Shown: in pieces, positions 38,101-52,400 of the stretch | Position numbering within the stretch: the first letter of the stretch is position 1 | Layout of the letters: each line of letters opens with the position of its first letter | Origin: Aplysia californica | Lineage: Eukaryota | Direction: 5' to 3' | Assembly: GCF_000002075.1 (NCBI RefSeq) | Contig: NW_004797272.1 | Coordinates: forward strand, 3,658,195-3,722,194 | Length of the DNA: 64,000 nucleotides | Made by a program: the position numbers and the translations under genes | Notes under the pieces: generated by a model | Told to the model about the DNA's origin: nothing | What the model saw: the letters and a program-made list of their open reading frames with translations, nothing else | Databases searched by the model: none

Positions 38101-40790
38101 GGTACATACATGAAGAAGCAGAGGCCACCAAAATTCTACTTCAAGCAATTATCTCAATTATCTTCTTACTAAATTATTAAAACTGACAAAGTAAGTACAG
38201 ACAGACGGCCATATATACTTTCTCACCTGTCCTTCAAAGATGTTCCCTGCAGCACACAAAGACTCAGCAGCTGTGGTGCCCAAGGTAACTCTCATGACAA
38301 AGGCAATTTTGCCGATGATGACTTGCATAACACAGGGGTGGTAAAGCATGGTAATTACGCAGCTGAAGAAAATTATTACTGGAAGAACCTGGAGAAGAGA
38401 AGCAGACATATTATTTCATTTTACTCTGAGTCTAATATGTATTTTTACTACAATGGGTATTACCATTCTAGTATAAATTGGTTCATGGCTACAAAATACT
38501 CTGATGACTGTCAGACCTTTGAAGTATGTCCGCAAAAGTCACAAGCATCCCAACAGTGCAAATATTCAACCGTAGTGAACAAAATGCCAAAATTGCCGCC
38601 TTCTTCGAATCCATTATTTACCCCTACAGAAGTAAGACACCATGAGCATCTTTTTTTCCAGAATAAGAGAAAACAAATTGAGTCAAAAATAATTAGCCAC
38701 CTGAACAGGATACATAAATGCAAACCAATTTACATTACTTATTTTGTCACCGTTAAAACCATTAAAATGTTTAGATCTTATACGGTTGTATGTATGTATA
38801 GTATAAGGTTTTACGGCGCTCGCAACTGCTAAGGTCATATGAGCGCCCTTCACAAATATGTTTCAAGGCTTTGGAAGACAACAATTCTTGTATTTTTCTA
38901 TGTAATTTAGATATATACAGTTTGATTCTTCTACATAAATTTCAGACTTAATTCTGTTCAAACAGGGAAGAAAAAAAGCCACATCGTGTAATCTCCAGCA
39001 CAAACTTATTTTATCGGAGCTCTTGAGCAGAGAATCAGGACGCATACTAGAAACACCCAGCCACTATGAAACAGATAGTTGAGGTTAGGGTAAAGGTTAG
39101 GGTTTAGGCTATGGTAAGGGTTAGTGTCAGGATCAGGGTTAGGCCTCTTTACTGTGTTTGTTGTGGGGATCGCTTGATACAGAAGTCCTTTCTATTTAAA
39201 AAATCCAAAGGGGGGGGGGGGGGGGGGGGGCATTTCTGCGAATAACGGTATTTTGTTTTCAGGAGAAGGCGGATAATTGTGTCTTTGTCGAGCAGTCTGT
39301 CATCAAGAAAGTCACACCTTGGATATTAAATTAATAGCTGAGGTGCATAGGAGCCAAATTTCAAAATATAAACGGATTCTTCACAACAATGGTCCATTGC
39401 TCTTAGTCCTGCACATGTCTCTTCATGCGCAAAAGGGAAAAGGTTAGGCAGAATATCAAGGGTATGACGTTCAATTTAAGACAATAGATTCATGTGCATA
39501 TAAATATTCCATCCATCATTCGACTTATGAAGTAAACGAAGTCAGAAGTTAAACGTAGAAATAACGTTAGGCCCAACTACTAATAAAGTAATGAAGGCCG
39601 GTAAAGAAGTCGTAAATAATTATATGGCCTCGATTAAAGCTTAAAATGAATTATATAGGCAAAACACAGATACAAACGCGTCTACGTTGACCACTGAGCC
39701 AAATACCATGGTCAAGTGGAATCAAAGCTAAGTTATACCCTACAGCATTAACAGGCAAGTGCAACGAGAACAACGTGGAGCTACAGATATCTCTCTCCAC
39801 TGGCTGAGTGAGTAGTGAGTCAAGCAGGTGTCGGTGACACGGTGATCAGATGGGTGGTAACTGGGGTGTGTCCTTGAGCAAGACACGATAACCCATGCTA
39901 AAAAAAACCAGGGCGCTGCACAGTATCGACCAGCAATGGGCAAGGTTGTGAAATTGTTCTGTGTCGGTGTAGTAATGTGCATTTATGTATGTAAATGTGT
40001 ATGTATTTATGTTTGTATGTATTTATAATTGTGTACAGTTGTATTTATTTATTATGTTTTCCATTGCAAACCAAATTGCCCTTCTGAGACCAATAAAAAT
40101 GTAATCAATTTTATTTTATTATGAGGCCCACAACCTTTTCTCTTTCAAGATTTAAATAAAATTTAAGGGAAACATATTTCGTTTTCTGTTTTATCAAAAA
40201 ACTAGAAATAACACTAGAATAATAAAACTCACTTTTCCTTTCCACAGCCAAAATCTCGAAAACAACTGCTGTAGTAACGTACAAACAAGTAGATCTTGGC
40301 ACGTGCGCGTAAACATCAAAGACCTTTCCCTACTCAGTCTTCGCATTGCCGGTACTCACATTCTCAATTTGAAAGTGACGGGCTCAAACTGATAATCATA
40401 TTAAGAAAAAGACAAATTATGAAGTTGAATGTAAAACATCTTACCTGTAGGAATGTGAAAATACGGGATACATAAGTTATTAAACAAAAGCACTAACACT
40501 CTGACATGCTCGTTTCCAGGACCGCTTTCTGTGAACAAAGCGTCTCTACGCGCGTCACAATTTCCACCACCATGTGCAAATTGTACTGTTGAGCGCAGCA
40601 AGTCGAGACCAAGTTGAGTGAATAGAAAACGCCCCGACCAATCAGAGAACACAGCTAGCCTATCAAATTTTAATGGCACTCCCACCCCTGGACCAGGGCT
40701 GAGCAGGAACCGGTTCTCGGTACCAGAACTCCCGGTAGGCATACTAGCCTACCGTAGGCGACAGTTCAGGGCGGGCACCAGACTCTAGTA
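35200..40790 (-). pseudogene. Inverted, deleted SLC28 pseudogene
   Basis: Minus-strand copies of exon 11 (35249-35429), exon 10 (36181-36375, indels), exon 7 (about 37035-37152, truncated), exon 6 (38227-38388, GNIFEGQ), the 3' part of exon 4 (about 39009-39063) and the promoter/UTR block (40230-40790). I could not find exons 1-3, 5, 8, 9 or 12. Donors of exons 4, 10 and 11 are mutated. Confidence 0.9.
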
Positions 40791-41261
40791 CCGGTAATGG
40801 GATGAAGGGCTGTGTCCATTCGACATAACTCTGTTCAACATTCTAGATTTTACATTTTTGTCTTTTTTGAAAATAAACATTCACAGCTATTCGAAGCGTG
40901 ACCGAGCCATTCGAATGTCGTGTGAAGTGTGATTTTATATTCAATGTATTATATATATATATATTGTTAAAATGATAATTTTTTAATTAACAGATAATGA
41001 ATTTTTTTCATAATGCTTTTCAAACCGTAGTAAAAGTAAAGCATGTTATATGTGTACCTAAATTCAATGAGATAAATACAGAAATACCCTGTACTTGATA
41101 CAATGTGAAAAGAGGAGCCAACAAGAGTTATTAAACATGCATCTGAAGAGTATCCATAAGATCGATTTTCTATAGGAAGGCAGACGGCACTCGGCACGCG
41201 GCAGACGGCACAAAACACATCTCGCGCGTTAAAACAAAAGTAGGCAAAATACCTTTTTTTG

Positions 41262-41640
41262 TTTTTTGTAAGTGTTTCACGGCACTCGCGGCTGCATAAG
41301 GTCATATGAGCGCGCCAGGCACACCTAACACTTTAAGTTGGAAGGAAATTTTGAATTTTGCCTGGGTGGCAGTCGAAGCCTACTCTTATCGATTTTGGAC
41401 AACCAAGTGATCTTTAACGTGCGCAACTTGCACACGGGATCTCCAAGATTTTTCGCCCTTGTCCGAGAAGGAGTGGGGTCAGAAAGTGGAGAGGAAAGCA
41501 GACGACAGAATATTGCTAGATAGCAGGAAAGAAGATGAAGGAAGACAATTTCAGAGAAGAAATGTTTTTCGGTCGTTACCCGGATTCGAACCCGGGACCT
41601 TTGAATGAGAGGCGAACACCTTAACCTCCAGACCACAACT
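41262..41640 (-). mobile_element. tRNA-derived SINE, family A, internally deleted
   Basis: Head (ggttcgaatccggg on the minus strand), core and tail match family A. Confidence 0.8.
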
Positions 41641-41999
41641 CCCCCCCCCCCCCCGGACAAGATTTAGAATATTGCCTCTCACAGGACGACACGATACAGC
41701 GGTAACGAAAACTGCGTGTATTGAAAAAATCAACTTGTATATTTTTTGTGAGGTGTATGTCAGACAGTACAGGTGAACTCGAGATGGACGACTACAAGAA
41801 GAAAGTTGTTGTGTTTGTGAGAGCCCGGCCTCTTATTTGGGACCTCATAACGTTCAAAGACCGAGGCTCGAACCCCCGAACCCGCAACCTCACGATTACG
41901 AATCCTGTAGCCTAACCTCTAGGATACGGACGCCACTGAAAAGGGTTTTAAACAAGGACAAGTAGATCTAATACGACTTTTCAGAAGGACGTGCCAGAG

Positions 42000-43445
42000 C
42001 AACAGTGGTTGCTAGGCGGGTATTCTTCTGATGTGGTTTGCTCCCTATTTCCTATCAAACATCTACCGCCCTTATTTCTCTTTTGTTTTTGTCTTTTACA
42101 CTCTTGTAACACCTAATCTTCGACATTTGCATGACCTAATTGTGTTGCAAGCACTGTGGAACTTTTAAAACTCTTACTTTAATAACAAATTTGAACACTT
42201 TGCTCATCATGTTCTGCCCAACGCTATCATTGCTTGTTTAATTACTGTTATGATGTTAGGTTTCTTTTCTTTTTTTTCTGCTGACCATGTCAGTGTTTTA
42301 AAATAAAATCACATACATATATTATAATGTAGTTAATTTATTAATCTATTATATATTTGGAACTTGGAAACACATGTGTCACTTTTCCCATAAAACTACA
42401 ACAGCTAGGCCTAGAGAGTTGAAAGTTGGCAAGCACCTGCAAAAAGATAAATAGTCCCACATGACGGAGCCCGATTTTTCATTTATTCGTTTCCTGAATT
42501 CGAAAAAATATATTCAACAAAAAGATCCAGTCCTTTTTTGTGATTATTCCACTGAGAAACGAAACAAATCTGCGTAGCTGACCTTTACAGCGGAAGTGCC
42601 GAAAGTGATATTTCGCGAGGTGCATTTTGTTTTGAGAGTAGGGCTATAGAACTATACCTTATAATTTTTTGCATCTTTAAAGATTTATTGCTCCAATTCC
42701 AGTAGAGTGTAAATATTGTAGGCCAATGACTTTCCGTTGATGTTTATGCATCGATCATTCCTTTCATCGAAACGGGGCCCAGCTAGTCGGGTATAGGTGC
42801 GGAATGTTTGCAAGTATTCAGATCTCATGTAAATGTATTGTTATAATATGCCAGGGATTGTTAATAGGTGAATTTTTGTCATCTGAATTTTTTGCGTTGG
42901 GCTGCTACAATTCATGAAATGTTTGATTAACAGTTAATATGTGTGTGAACTACTTTTTTAATGGTGTGGTGGATTATTGTTGAATTTAGTAAACGCGTGC
43001 TAACTCATCTCCCATACCCCCATCTCACAATAGTGCACGTTCCATTGTTATTTGTTTCTTGACGAGAGAGAGTGCGTAACATAACTGTGTCAAAAGAATC
43101 GTCATCTTCCATTGTTTTTTAACTGAATACTTCATATTACATGTAGATGTTTTTATCACGTGCTTTGTTTGTTTTTCCTATTTCGAGACGCTAATAAAGT
43201 TTGTTAAAAATTTTTTGAGGCTTGGTCCAATTTTTCTTCATGAGATCGTCTGGTGTATGAATTCAGATCTGACATTTGTTTCGGAATAGGGCTCTCAGGG
43301 GCTAGAGGTACGATGTTCGCCTCTCATTCTAAAGGTTCGAGTATCGAAACGAGATAGTGACGATAAATTATGTTCTTCTCTAAAAGTTTGTCCGTTCACC
43401 TCCTTTTTTTATTTTTTGTCCTGTTCTGTCGTCTGTTTCACCTCC
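42000..43445 (+). repeat. Direct-orientation duplicate of the distal 3' region of copy 1 (about 27350-28430)
   Basis: Near-identical block gtgctaactcatctcccatacccccatctcacaatagtgcacgttcc, AATAAA and the following SINE B head. Confidence 0.85.
42345..42786 (+). mobile_element. Non-autonomous Helitron
   Basis: 5' TC (tctattatatat) and 3' CTAG, inserted between A and T with no TSD; empty site at about 27773-27790 (ttaattgggtataag). Confidence 0.7.
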
Positions 43446-43589
43446 ACTCCACCCCAACTACAACAGTTGCAGATTATTGTTATAATAATATTATGAACGT
43501 AATAATACACTATTCGACACAATCATACGTACCTTTGTCTACTAATCAGATGGCGTCAGTCTCATAGGAAGGGGCAAGGGACCAAAAAA

Positions 43590-46170
43590 AAAAATGATGA
43601 GGAATTTGATCTCGATCTCATTTCCAGGATATTTCAAGAAGTCAGTCTAAAAACTCATTAAAATAACACATCAACACACATCTGCAGTGATGAGACAGGT
43701 GCTTTAGTAATTCTTTAAAAAAAACATGTGAACAGAGTTAAATTGGGTAATGCTACAGTTATGCAGTCATTCTGAGCCCATTATACCACGAGTGTGATAA
43801 TTAATAAACATAAGTAGTGTAAATATTTCGTCTATATAAAACAACTAGCGGAATTTTGCCTTTTGGAACAGCTGGATATAGTGCTAGAAGTGATTATAAT
43901 ATCCTTAAAACAAATAATAGCCTCATCATAAAATGTACATAAAATTACAGAACTGAGTTGTTAGCCAAGGGACTCACATTACCACAAACATATGAGATAA
44001 TCCATACAAGAACAATGGTGAGAACGTTTGACAATTTCCAGTTCATTACAGGGTAGGATGTGTCAAGTAATCAATCCTATAATGTTAGTAGAGCGTTGAA
44101 CCCATTTCCTCCCTCCCCCCCCCCCCAACAAATTGATCAAGTGTTGTCAATTCACACAAATACCAGTCTTTGTTTGTTTGAGTAATGAGAAGCACATCAA
44201 CACAATAATGGTCATTTAGTGCTGGGACAAAGTAAGACAGACGACATTCAGAGGTGTTGAAACCAGGGCAAATGTAATGAAATTGATAACTTCGAAGAAG
44301 TGCAACACGATGATTATTTACAAAGCGTCTCAATCTGCACTCTTATAAAAGAGTCAAATTATACAGATAAAGCTGGACTGCATGCAAATGTCCCATGACA
44401 GTGCACTGGAAAACAAGTGAATAGAGAAGTAAAGAATGCACACTCTAATTGAGTAAAATAACGTGGCAATGTGGAGGCATAGAATGGCACAAAAATGCTT
44501 ATTATGATATTCACTTTCAGTTTCAGCAACATATTTTTACAGCCATAGACCAGAAATTTCAAGTTTTTGTTTCAATCTTCAGGAACTGAAAATGCGTTAA
44601 AAAGTGTAAAACGCTGAGTATTGCACTGTTAAGTTTGGGCATCTTTCAGTTTTAGCATGCGTTTTACAGCGTTTGAACACAATAAGGTCATGCAAGTGCT
44701 GAAGAACATAGGTGTTACAAACACGGGAAAGAAGGAGGAGAAATCTGGATGATAGATATTTGGTAGTTTTGATAGGAAAGAAGGAGCAAACCACCCAGAA
44801 CACCCGCCAACCACCCACAGTCATTTTTCAACAAAAAAAAGAAGAAAAATACTGGTTTAAATGAAAACAATACTACCACAGATCATCTATAGGTTAATGA
44901 AATAAAAGTAGTTGTGGAAGTTTCCATACAAGAAAAATACCTATGGTAGAAGGTATTTCAAATGGAAATACTGAAATTGCTGGTGCACCCAAAAATTAAT
45001 ATTTATCCCAACACAAAGCAATACCTTAAATGTTTCTTTCATTTAAAAAAATACCAAAGAATAAAAAATAATTTATGAGCTATTTACGCCACCATCGACT
45101 AAATACTTTAGATGCAATACTTGTTAAAGCCAGTAAGATTCAATGTGATGATTAGCGAGGAAACTTAGTAAAATGTAAGACAGAAAGACACATGAACAGG
45201 CAGGATATTGCTGATTCTCAGTACTGATTATGAATAAAAAATTCAATTTCAGTCTACTGAAAAGATATTACATTCGACTGCTAAAAAATGTAGCCCGTTG
45301 CATTTTTCTACATTTCTTTTTTTAAAAAATAACGAGGGCCGCAGCTTGAAAATGATGAAGCCATGAGGAATATATGAGCAATTCGACAGATTTGTTGACC
45401 CTGAACTCTGAGGAAAATGAATTGGAATGGGACTTTGCAAATGTACATGCTGCAGGATAAAAAGCAGAAAAATAGAAAGCTATTTAATAAAAAAGCTTAA
45501 GTATAAAAATTGGAACTTGGTATGTCAAAGCTGCCATTTTGGTACTACAGATCAAGCAAATGAAATACAATAAATATTTCAAACTGCACCATGACTACAT
45601 TATTTCAACAAGGGCGAAACAACAGTCAACAGCACAGTGACAAATAAACAGCAACATGTTTATTATTTACAATTCACTGAATAAATAGTGGGTTTCTGTG
45701 CAACACGGGTTCGAAAGCTTTCGCTAACTCTTTGAAGCATTAAAATATTTTTTTGGCACTGAAAATAACAGAACCCCTAAGGGAAACTCACTATCCATTC
45801 CTATATTCACTTTTGGAAAGACTGGATATCTGCACTTCTACAAATGTAAAAACAAAATACCTGATATTTTGTGATACATGTATGTATAAATTATTACATA
45901 ACTTATAGCAATGCTTTGTCTCTGAAATAGGAATAATGTTACAAATTCTTATGAAGGCAATAAACTTCATCTACCCCACAAAATATAAGAAATATTGTTA
46001 AGAAAAATAAAACCGACAGTGCATACAAGCACATAAAAATTGTCAAGAACCACCAAAGCAAAAATTTGTTTTAATTTTAGTACATGTAAGAGTTTTATGG
46101 CGCTTGCAAAACGTTGGGTCAATTAAGTGTCGGGGATTAGAGGTGTTACTAGAGAATAAGATACAAATAA
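43590..46170 (-). repeat. Inverted duplicate of the proximal 3' region of copy 1 (about 22430-26560)
   Basis: Reverse-complement matches, e.g. tttcaagaagtcagtctaaaaact, ttataccacgagtgt, cccaacacaaagcaatacctt, cttttcgctaactctttgaa. Confidence 0.85.
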
Positions 46171-46891
46171 AAGAAAACAATTACATTTCACACGGCATTC
46201 GAAGGGCTCTGCCACGCTTCAAATAGCTGTGGACAGCTTTAAAAAATCATGAATATGATACAATACAGTGAAACTCGGATATAACAAAGTCGTCAGGCCT
46301 GGCCTTCGATTTTCTTGAATCCAAGTGTTTGTTATAACAATTTGACAACAAGTTGCGTCACAATGTAGGGCTTGGCATACGGCGACGTCTGTTTCCACAG
46401 ACCAGTGCGCGATTCTTTACTTACATTTACAACTATGTCCAGACTAACCTTTCATTGTTTAGTAATCGTGGGAAAGGGGTGGCTATAATTACGAAACACA
46501 TATATATCTCTGCCGACTTCCCATGCCAAATTGTTTGTGCCTACGCCCCCCACTCCCCCCTCCCCGCCCCCACAAGTCCTCTCAGACACTCCCACTAACA
46601 GCCACCCGAACGATTTTTCTCAACCCTAGCACACACTAAGACACGTCAAGTCTAACGGGCATGTCAACAACGCTCGTGTTGGTATCAAAGGAGACTTCGG
46701 ATCGGACGCAAAAGATGTACACAAAAGGCTAATAATAATCCACGGTGCAAGTGGGATCGATGGTCTCTCGGAATAGAGTAAATAAGGCTCGTTGCGACTT
46801 CGCTGAATCCGAGCTCACTCATTTACCTGTTCGTTGAATTTGAGTTATTTTGTTGATTTTAATCAATGATAAAAAAAAATAGCAACAAAAG

Positions 46892-46924
<33 letters not shown>

Positions 46925-47029
46925 CCCGGGAATCTCTTTTCGTTGAAACAAGGTTCTTTGAAACCAAGTTCCCTATTCGTTAGGTCGAAAGGGCACAGCG
47001 CTACTTCCCAATATTTTTACTGGAGGCCT

Positions 47030-48290
47030 GATGCCGGCACTGATGCCGCCTATGGTAGGCTAGTACCGGGGGTTTCGGTACTGGAAACCGGTTCCTGTTC
47101 AGCCCTGGAAATATGGTGGGAATGCCATTAAAATTTGGAAGGCTGACCCTGTTTTCTGATTGGTCGGGGCGCTCACTGTTCATTCAACCTGGCCTGAACT
47201 TGCTGTGCTCGGTAGGCTATTACAATTTGCACACGGTGGCAGAAATTGTGACGTGCGTAGAGACGCACTGTTCACAAAAAAGCGGTCCTGGAAACGAGTA
47301 TGTCAGAGTGTTAGATCTAGTGATATTTATCTACTGACTTATTTAGCTCTTATTTTCACATCCCCACAGGTAAGATGTTTTACTCTCAGCTTCATTTGCC
47401 TTTTTTATTAATACGTCAGGTTCATAAGATAATGGCTTGGGTCATTTTTGGTCGGTTTGGATTTATTTTAGAATTCTGAAATGAAGATCACGTTTTGCAA
47501 GTGTTTTACAGCGCTCGCAACTGCATAAAGTCATATGAGCGCAAGGGACACATTAAACTTAAACGTTTTAAATTGGTGGGAAATTTTGAATTTTGCCCAG
47601 GTGACGGTCGAAGCTTACTCTTATCGATTTTAGACCACCAAGGGATCTTTAACGTGCACAACTTGCAACTGGACCTTCGAGTTTTTTCGCCCTTGTCCGA
47701 GACGGCTAGGCGTAGATCTTCCTATCAGAAGATCAGGAGTATGGTTGAAAGACAGCAGTAAGAAGGAGCCAAGGAGTAGCAGCAGAAAGGCTGCAGAAAG
47801 AGTCAGGAGCTCAGAGGAGGGGGCAAAGGAGGTGAGGTGGTGGGGGCAGAAGGTGGAGACGAAAGCAGACGACATAATATTGCCACAGAGCAGGAAGGAA
47901 GGTGACAGAAGACACATTTAGAGAAGAAAATTTTCCCGTCGCTACCCAGATTCGAACCCTGGACCTTAGGATGACGCGAACACCTTAACCTTAAGGCCAC
48001 GAGAGCCCCCAAACGAAGATCAGAGTGAGCTCGCTAGCAGAGTTCACTTAGAAAAAAGAACGATCCAAATTGAGTGTACCAAATTTAATTGTCTCACAGA
48101 GACAATTGTTGGAAAGAAACAATTTTTTACTCATTTTCTCCCAATAGCAAAGAAATGACATAGGCATTTATCAGAAGAGCGTGACGATGATTATCAGTTT
48201 GAGCCAGGTTTACCAGTCACTTTCACTTTGAGAATGTGAGTATTGCGGAGTCTGAATAGGACGAAGTCATCAGTGTTCAAGCGCACACCA
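47030..48290 (+). promoter_or_regulatory. Putative promoter and 5' UTR exons of SLC28 copy 2
   Basis: ctgattggtcggggcg near 47156-47171; donor cag|gtaag at 47369/47370; small exon 48198-48235; homologous to 3830-4340. Confidence 0.55.
47500..48010 (-). mobile_element. tRNA-derived SINE, family A
   Basis: Full-length match to family A, inserted in the short 5' UTR intron of copy 2. Confidence 0.8.
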
Positions 48291-49179
48291 CTTTGCCCTC
48301 AGTAAAACCTCAGATTAGACTAGTTATCAGACCCAAAACCACGGGTAAGGCAAACATTTGGTTTACCAGACGTTAGAAAAATTCTTGCCCTTATGTGTTT
48401 TGGGTTATAGTCTAGGCCAAAAATGGATCATTGCTTGAAAATCTAATCAGCTAGCTACTATGAGTGGTGCATTTTCTGTAGTTCCAAAAGTTTCTTCTGT
48501 TTTTGCAAGCGGTATCCCCCCTCCCATCTTTTTTTCTTTTTTAGACCAGCAATGACGAGCCCAGCAAGAACTTGCTTCATCACGTCTTTGTTTACGTACA
48601 TCACTACTTGACTACAACCCCTGTCCTCGACACCTCAGGGAAGAAGACTGTTCCTGGCCATATTCCGAATTTTAAAAGCAGATTACATATTTTCTATTTG
48701 TTGGTTACCAAGACATGTGCTGATGGGTGGGCAGTCTTGGACTGTCAACAGGACGGAAGTCATAACATATAACATAATTATACAGTGGAACCTGCTCTAA
48801 CAGCATCCTGTATAAGACAATCTCCTGTACAAACATCCACCCCGTATTTCTGTACATCCTTTTCTGTTTTTATTTTCTCCCATTATAATGGCACTAAGAC
48901 GGCCACTTTTAACCTGGACAAGTTTGAATGTTCATAATTTTGTTTGGAGGGTTGCTATGTGGCGGTAACCCCTAGATCTAGCAGTTTGAGCCAACTGTTA
49001 TTTCAGGAACCTCATCACTTGTCACCATCACCATATTCAGTGGGTTACTCGCCATTTGTATTCGTTCATTTTTATAGGAAGACAATAGAAATGGTCACTT
49101 TGGCATGTTCCGCAGTGACACTATCAAGTACTCTAAAGTGAACTATATTTTCAATTATTGCTTTTGCCGTCAGCTGCTT

Positions 49180-49182
<3 letters not shown>

Positions 49183-49221
<39 letters not shown>

Positions 49222-49382
49222 NNNNNNNNNNNNNNNNNNNNNNNNNNNNNNNNNNNNNNNNNNNNNNNNNNNNNNNNNNNNNNNNNNNNNNNNNNNNNNN
49301 NNNNNNNNNNNNNNNNNNNNNNNNNNNNNNNNNNNNNNNNNNNNNNNNNNNNNNNNNNNNNNNNNNNNNNNNNNNNNNNNNN
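49183..49382. other. (CT)n microsatellite followed by an assembly gap (N at 49222-49382)
   Basis: Seen directly; both flanks are colinear with copy 1 at about 7060-7150. Confidence 0.95.
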
Positions 49383-49417
49383 TTTCCATTTTTTGTTTGC
49401 TATGGATTTAGAACACA

Positions 49418-52400
49418 ATGATGCCTTTAACAACGAACTCTTCAAAGAACGCTCCCATCCCAGGACCAAATGATTCTGGAGTTAGCATACGGCTTGCTGA
49501 TGTTTCCACACCCAACAACAGTGAATGCGATGAAATGGAGAAGCTGAGCTCAGAGGACTATGAGAAATCGGACATGACAATTGACATTGAAGATGGTGAG
49601 CTGTACTTCTATAGCATGCACCGGAATGTAATGCATTAGTTTTGTGAACTAATTGGGCTGTCTTACTTTTGGTACATTTAGACTTTTAAAATGCAGGTTC
49701 ATGATACTTCCACATTTACCTAATAATGCTTTAAACATTTCTCCCCTATCAACCCAATTAGATCATTTAAGAGACTGGATATTCGAACTTAACGTCTGTC
49801 TCCGATAGGATCGAGCCAAATGGGTTGAGCGCCTTGAAAACTCATCAAGAACGCCCTGTCTGGGATTTGAACCAGGGCCATCTGCTCATCATGATACGAA
49901 ATAGAGCACTCACAGTAAGATTTGTAGTGCTGCTGTTATGACATAGCTGCTGTTTGGTGAGGTGTTAGCAAACTAGCAGACAACTGCTAAGATCAATAAT
50001 AATTAGCAGTTTATCCCATCAATATGTCATCCACATGTCTCTTGCTTCATCGTTAGCACCTCACTCTGTATGGCTCTGCTTGTTTTTAAATTTAAGACAA
50101 GCTGGCTGCCGTTGATGAGGATGAGGATGCAGATTCCAGTCAGGCAGTACCAGTCATTGGTACTCTGAGCGATTGCTGTGGATGCAAGTTGAAATGGGTA
50201 TGTGTTCATTTCACCTTACTTCGTTCTGTCTCTTTCCTTTATAACTTTCATACTTAAAGTCATGTCTTCTGTATATATTTTTTGTTCCGTTCTGTCTGGG
50301 TTTTTAAAAAATAAAACAAGAATTTCATACACCTTCAAGCCAGTAATATTCTAGTGCTTTTGAAAACATGTACATTTTTTGGCCAACATAGGCAGTTTTA
50401 ATATTCGTGTCTTTTATTTGACCGGGGCTGCAGATTAAATAGCCAGAGTTGTGTTCCTGTCTTTTTACGGTTTATTTGTATTTCGTAATTGAACACAGGC
50501 ATCAGAATTTATGTCTAAGTATAATACGCTAATCTTAGTTTTCTTTTAAAAAATTTTATGATTGCATTACCTATGGTTGTTCTCATAATTTGTGATGCTG
50601 CACATTTATGATCTGAAGTTACGTATATAATAATACGGTGAGGAAGTTTTGATTGATAATGCTGCCCTTTTTTCGTTCGACAGATAGTGCTTGCAATCCT
50701 GTGCATGGCATATGCAGGTTACTTTATCTGGGCGTTGGTCGTTGCTGCCATCCACAAATGCGATGAGGACCATGATGTTGTGCCCCTCATCTGTCTCACA
50801 GTTGCTGCTCTGCTCATTGTCATCATAACATTTGTAAAGAAAAAGTTTTCAGATAGCATCAAACAGTCAGTTCTTGTACCTCTGAACAAAAGTATCAGTA
50901 ACCACTGGCACATTTTGAAATGGTTAGTTTTTTCGAGTTAACTTTATATAATATTTATATTAGACTGTGTTTATTTTAAATAAGTAAGTCGTATTTCTGA
51001 AACCTTGCTGCCTTTTTTGTGTAAATGCTGGGTTATTAAGTATCTTTTCTGTGGTCACAAATCATTCCGGCCTTGGATTTGACTGCTGCAATGTTAAGTT
51101 TGGAAAAAGAAAGGGTGCAGGTGTTAGTAGCCCTCTTTGAAGGTCTGTTATCATAGGTTTGTAAGTAAGAGAATATAGGCGTTCAGAGATAGATGTCTGT
51201 GTCATTCTTCATTTTTTATTGGTGTGCTACTGGCCTTTTATATAAGCAGAAAGGAAATGTATCCATCTCTGTTCTCAGTCTCCAGCTCAACATATTCCCA
51301 GGTAGTATTGCCACAACGTTTGAATCATAACGAGAATGGAAAGATAATGCCGATTTTCAGATCTTTATTTTTCTATATTTTGAATTATTTAATTGAAGTT
51401 ATTTGTGTGAGGTAGAAAAGTAAACAATTGGTTTTCCTTAAAATCATGTTAGTGTAGCACATGCTGGTCACACCAAAATGATGTAACCCCAACTGAACCC
51501 GTTTATTTAACCTTTACTTGACTGTTTTTGTCTTTGGAACTTTTCATAGTTCAGCCAGAGAGAGAAAGGAAAAAGTAGTATCATCACCAGTTTGCTTTAT
51601 CTAAGCTATTTTAATCTTTTTGCAAAGGTCAAAATATGTAATGACAACAGTTTGTCAGTAGCCGAGAGAAAAGTGAACCATATTATTATATATTTGTTAA
51701 TCTTTTCAGTGCTTGCTTTGTGACTTGCCTGAATCTATACCTGATACCATACAAATGTTGTTTCAGGATCCTTGCAATTGCACCTATTTTGGGCATTCTT
51801 GCAATCATCATCGTGTCAGCTGTTCAAAGACCATCAAATCTCATTTCTCTCATTGGCTGGATGTTTTTAGTATGCGCCATGATCCTCTGCTCAAGAGCTC
51901 CAAGAAAGGTATGTTTGTACTGAAGATTATACGATTTGAATGATGCTGTGGTTTCGAGTTTTTGTTGGCAAATGAAAATATCAATGTGTCAGACAAAGCC
52001 AATGAAATTTCATGGAATTATTTCATCATTAATTTTAGCAGTTGGATAGCCTTCACGCTTTTGTGTTTAAAGTTGAGGTCCCTCTTGTTATGTTTTTCTT
52101 TAAATAATGACACTATCGGGTATTATACTGGGCAACATATTATCATTATCTTACAAACCCCCAGAGGCAAAAGAAACGCGAGTCACTAAAGCATGAATAA
52201 AACACACTACACTCAACAGGGGTTTGTTATGGGTAAATAAAAATTTAAGTCGTCCATAGCCATGAGAGTGTCAAAAGATGATTGTTTTAGTGTAGGTTTA
52301 GTCTCACTATGTTATTTCTGTGACCTTGACCTTGGGGCAGAAAGTCAATACCCTGTGTGACCTCCGTTGGCTGCAATAACCGCTCTGTATCTTTGATCCA

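Noticed and set aside
38323-38832. 169-aa ORF and the similar ORFs at 57310-57792 and 12036-12224
   Set aside because: They are antisense readings of SLC28 exon 6 and intron 5; similarity reflects the duplication.
49072-49473. ORFs crossing the N gap
   Set aside because: Artefacts of the Ns and (CT)n.
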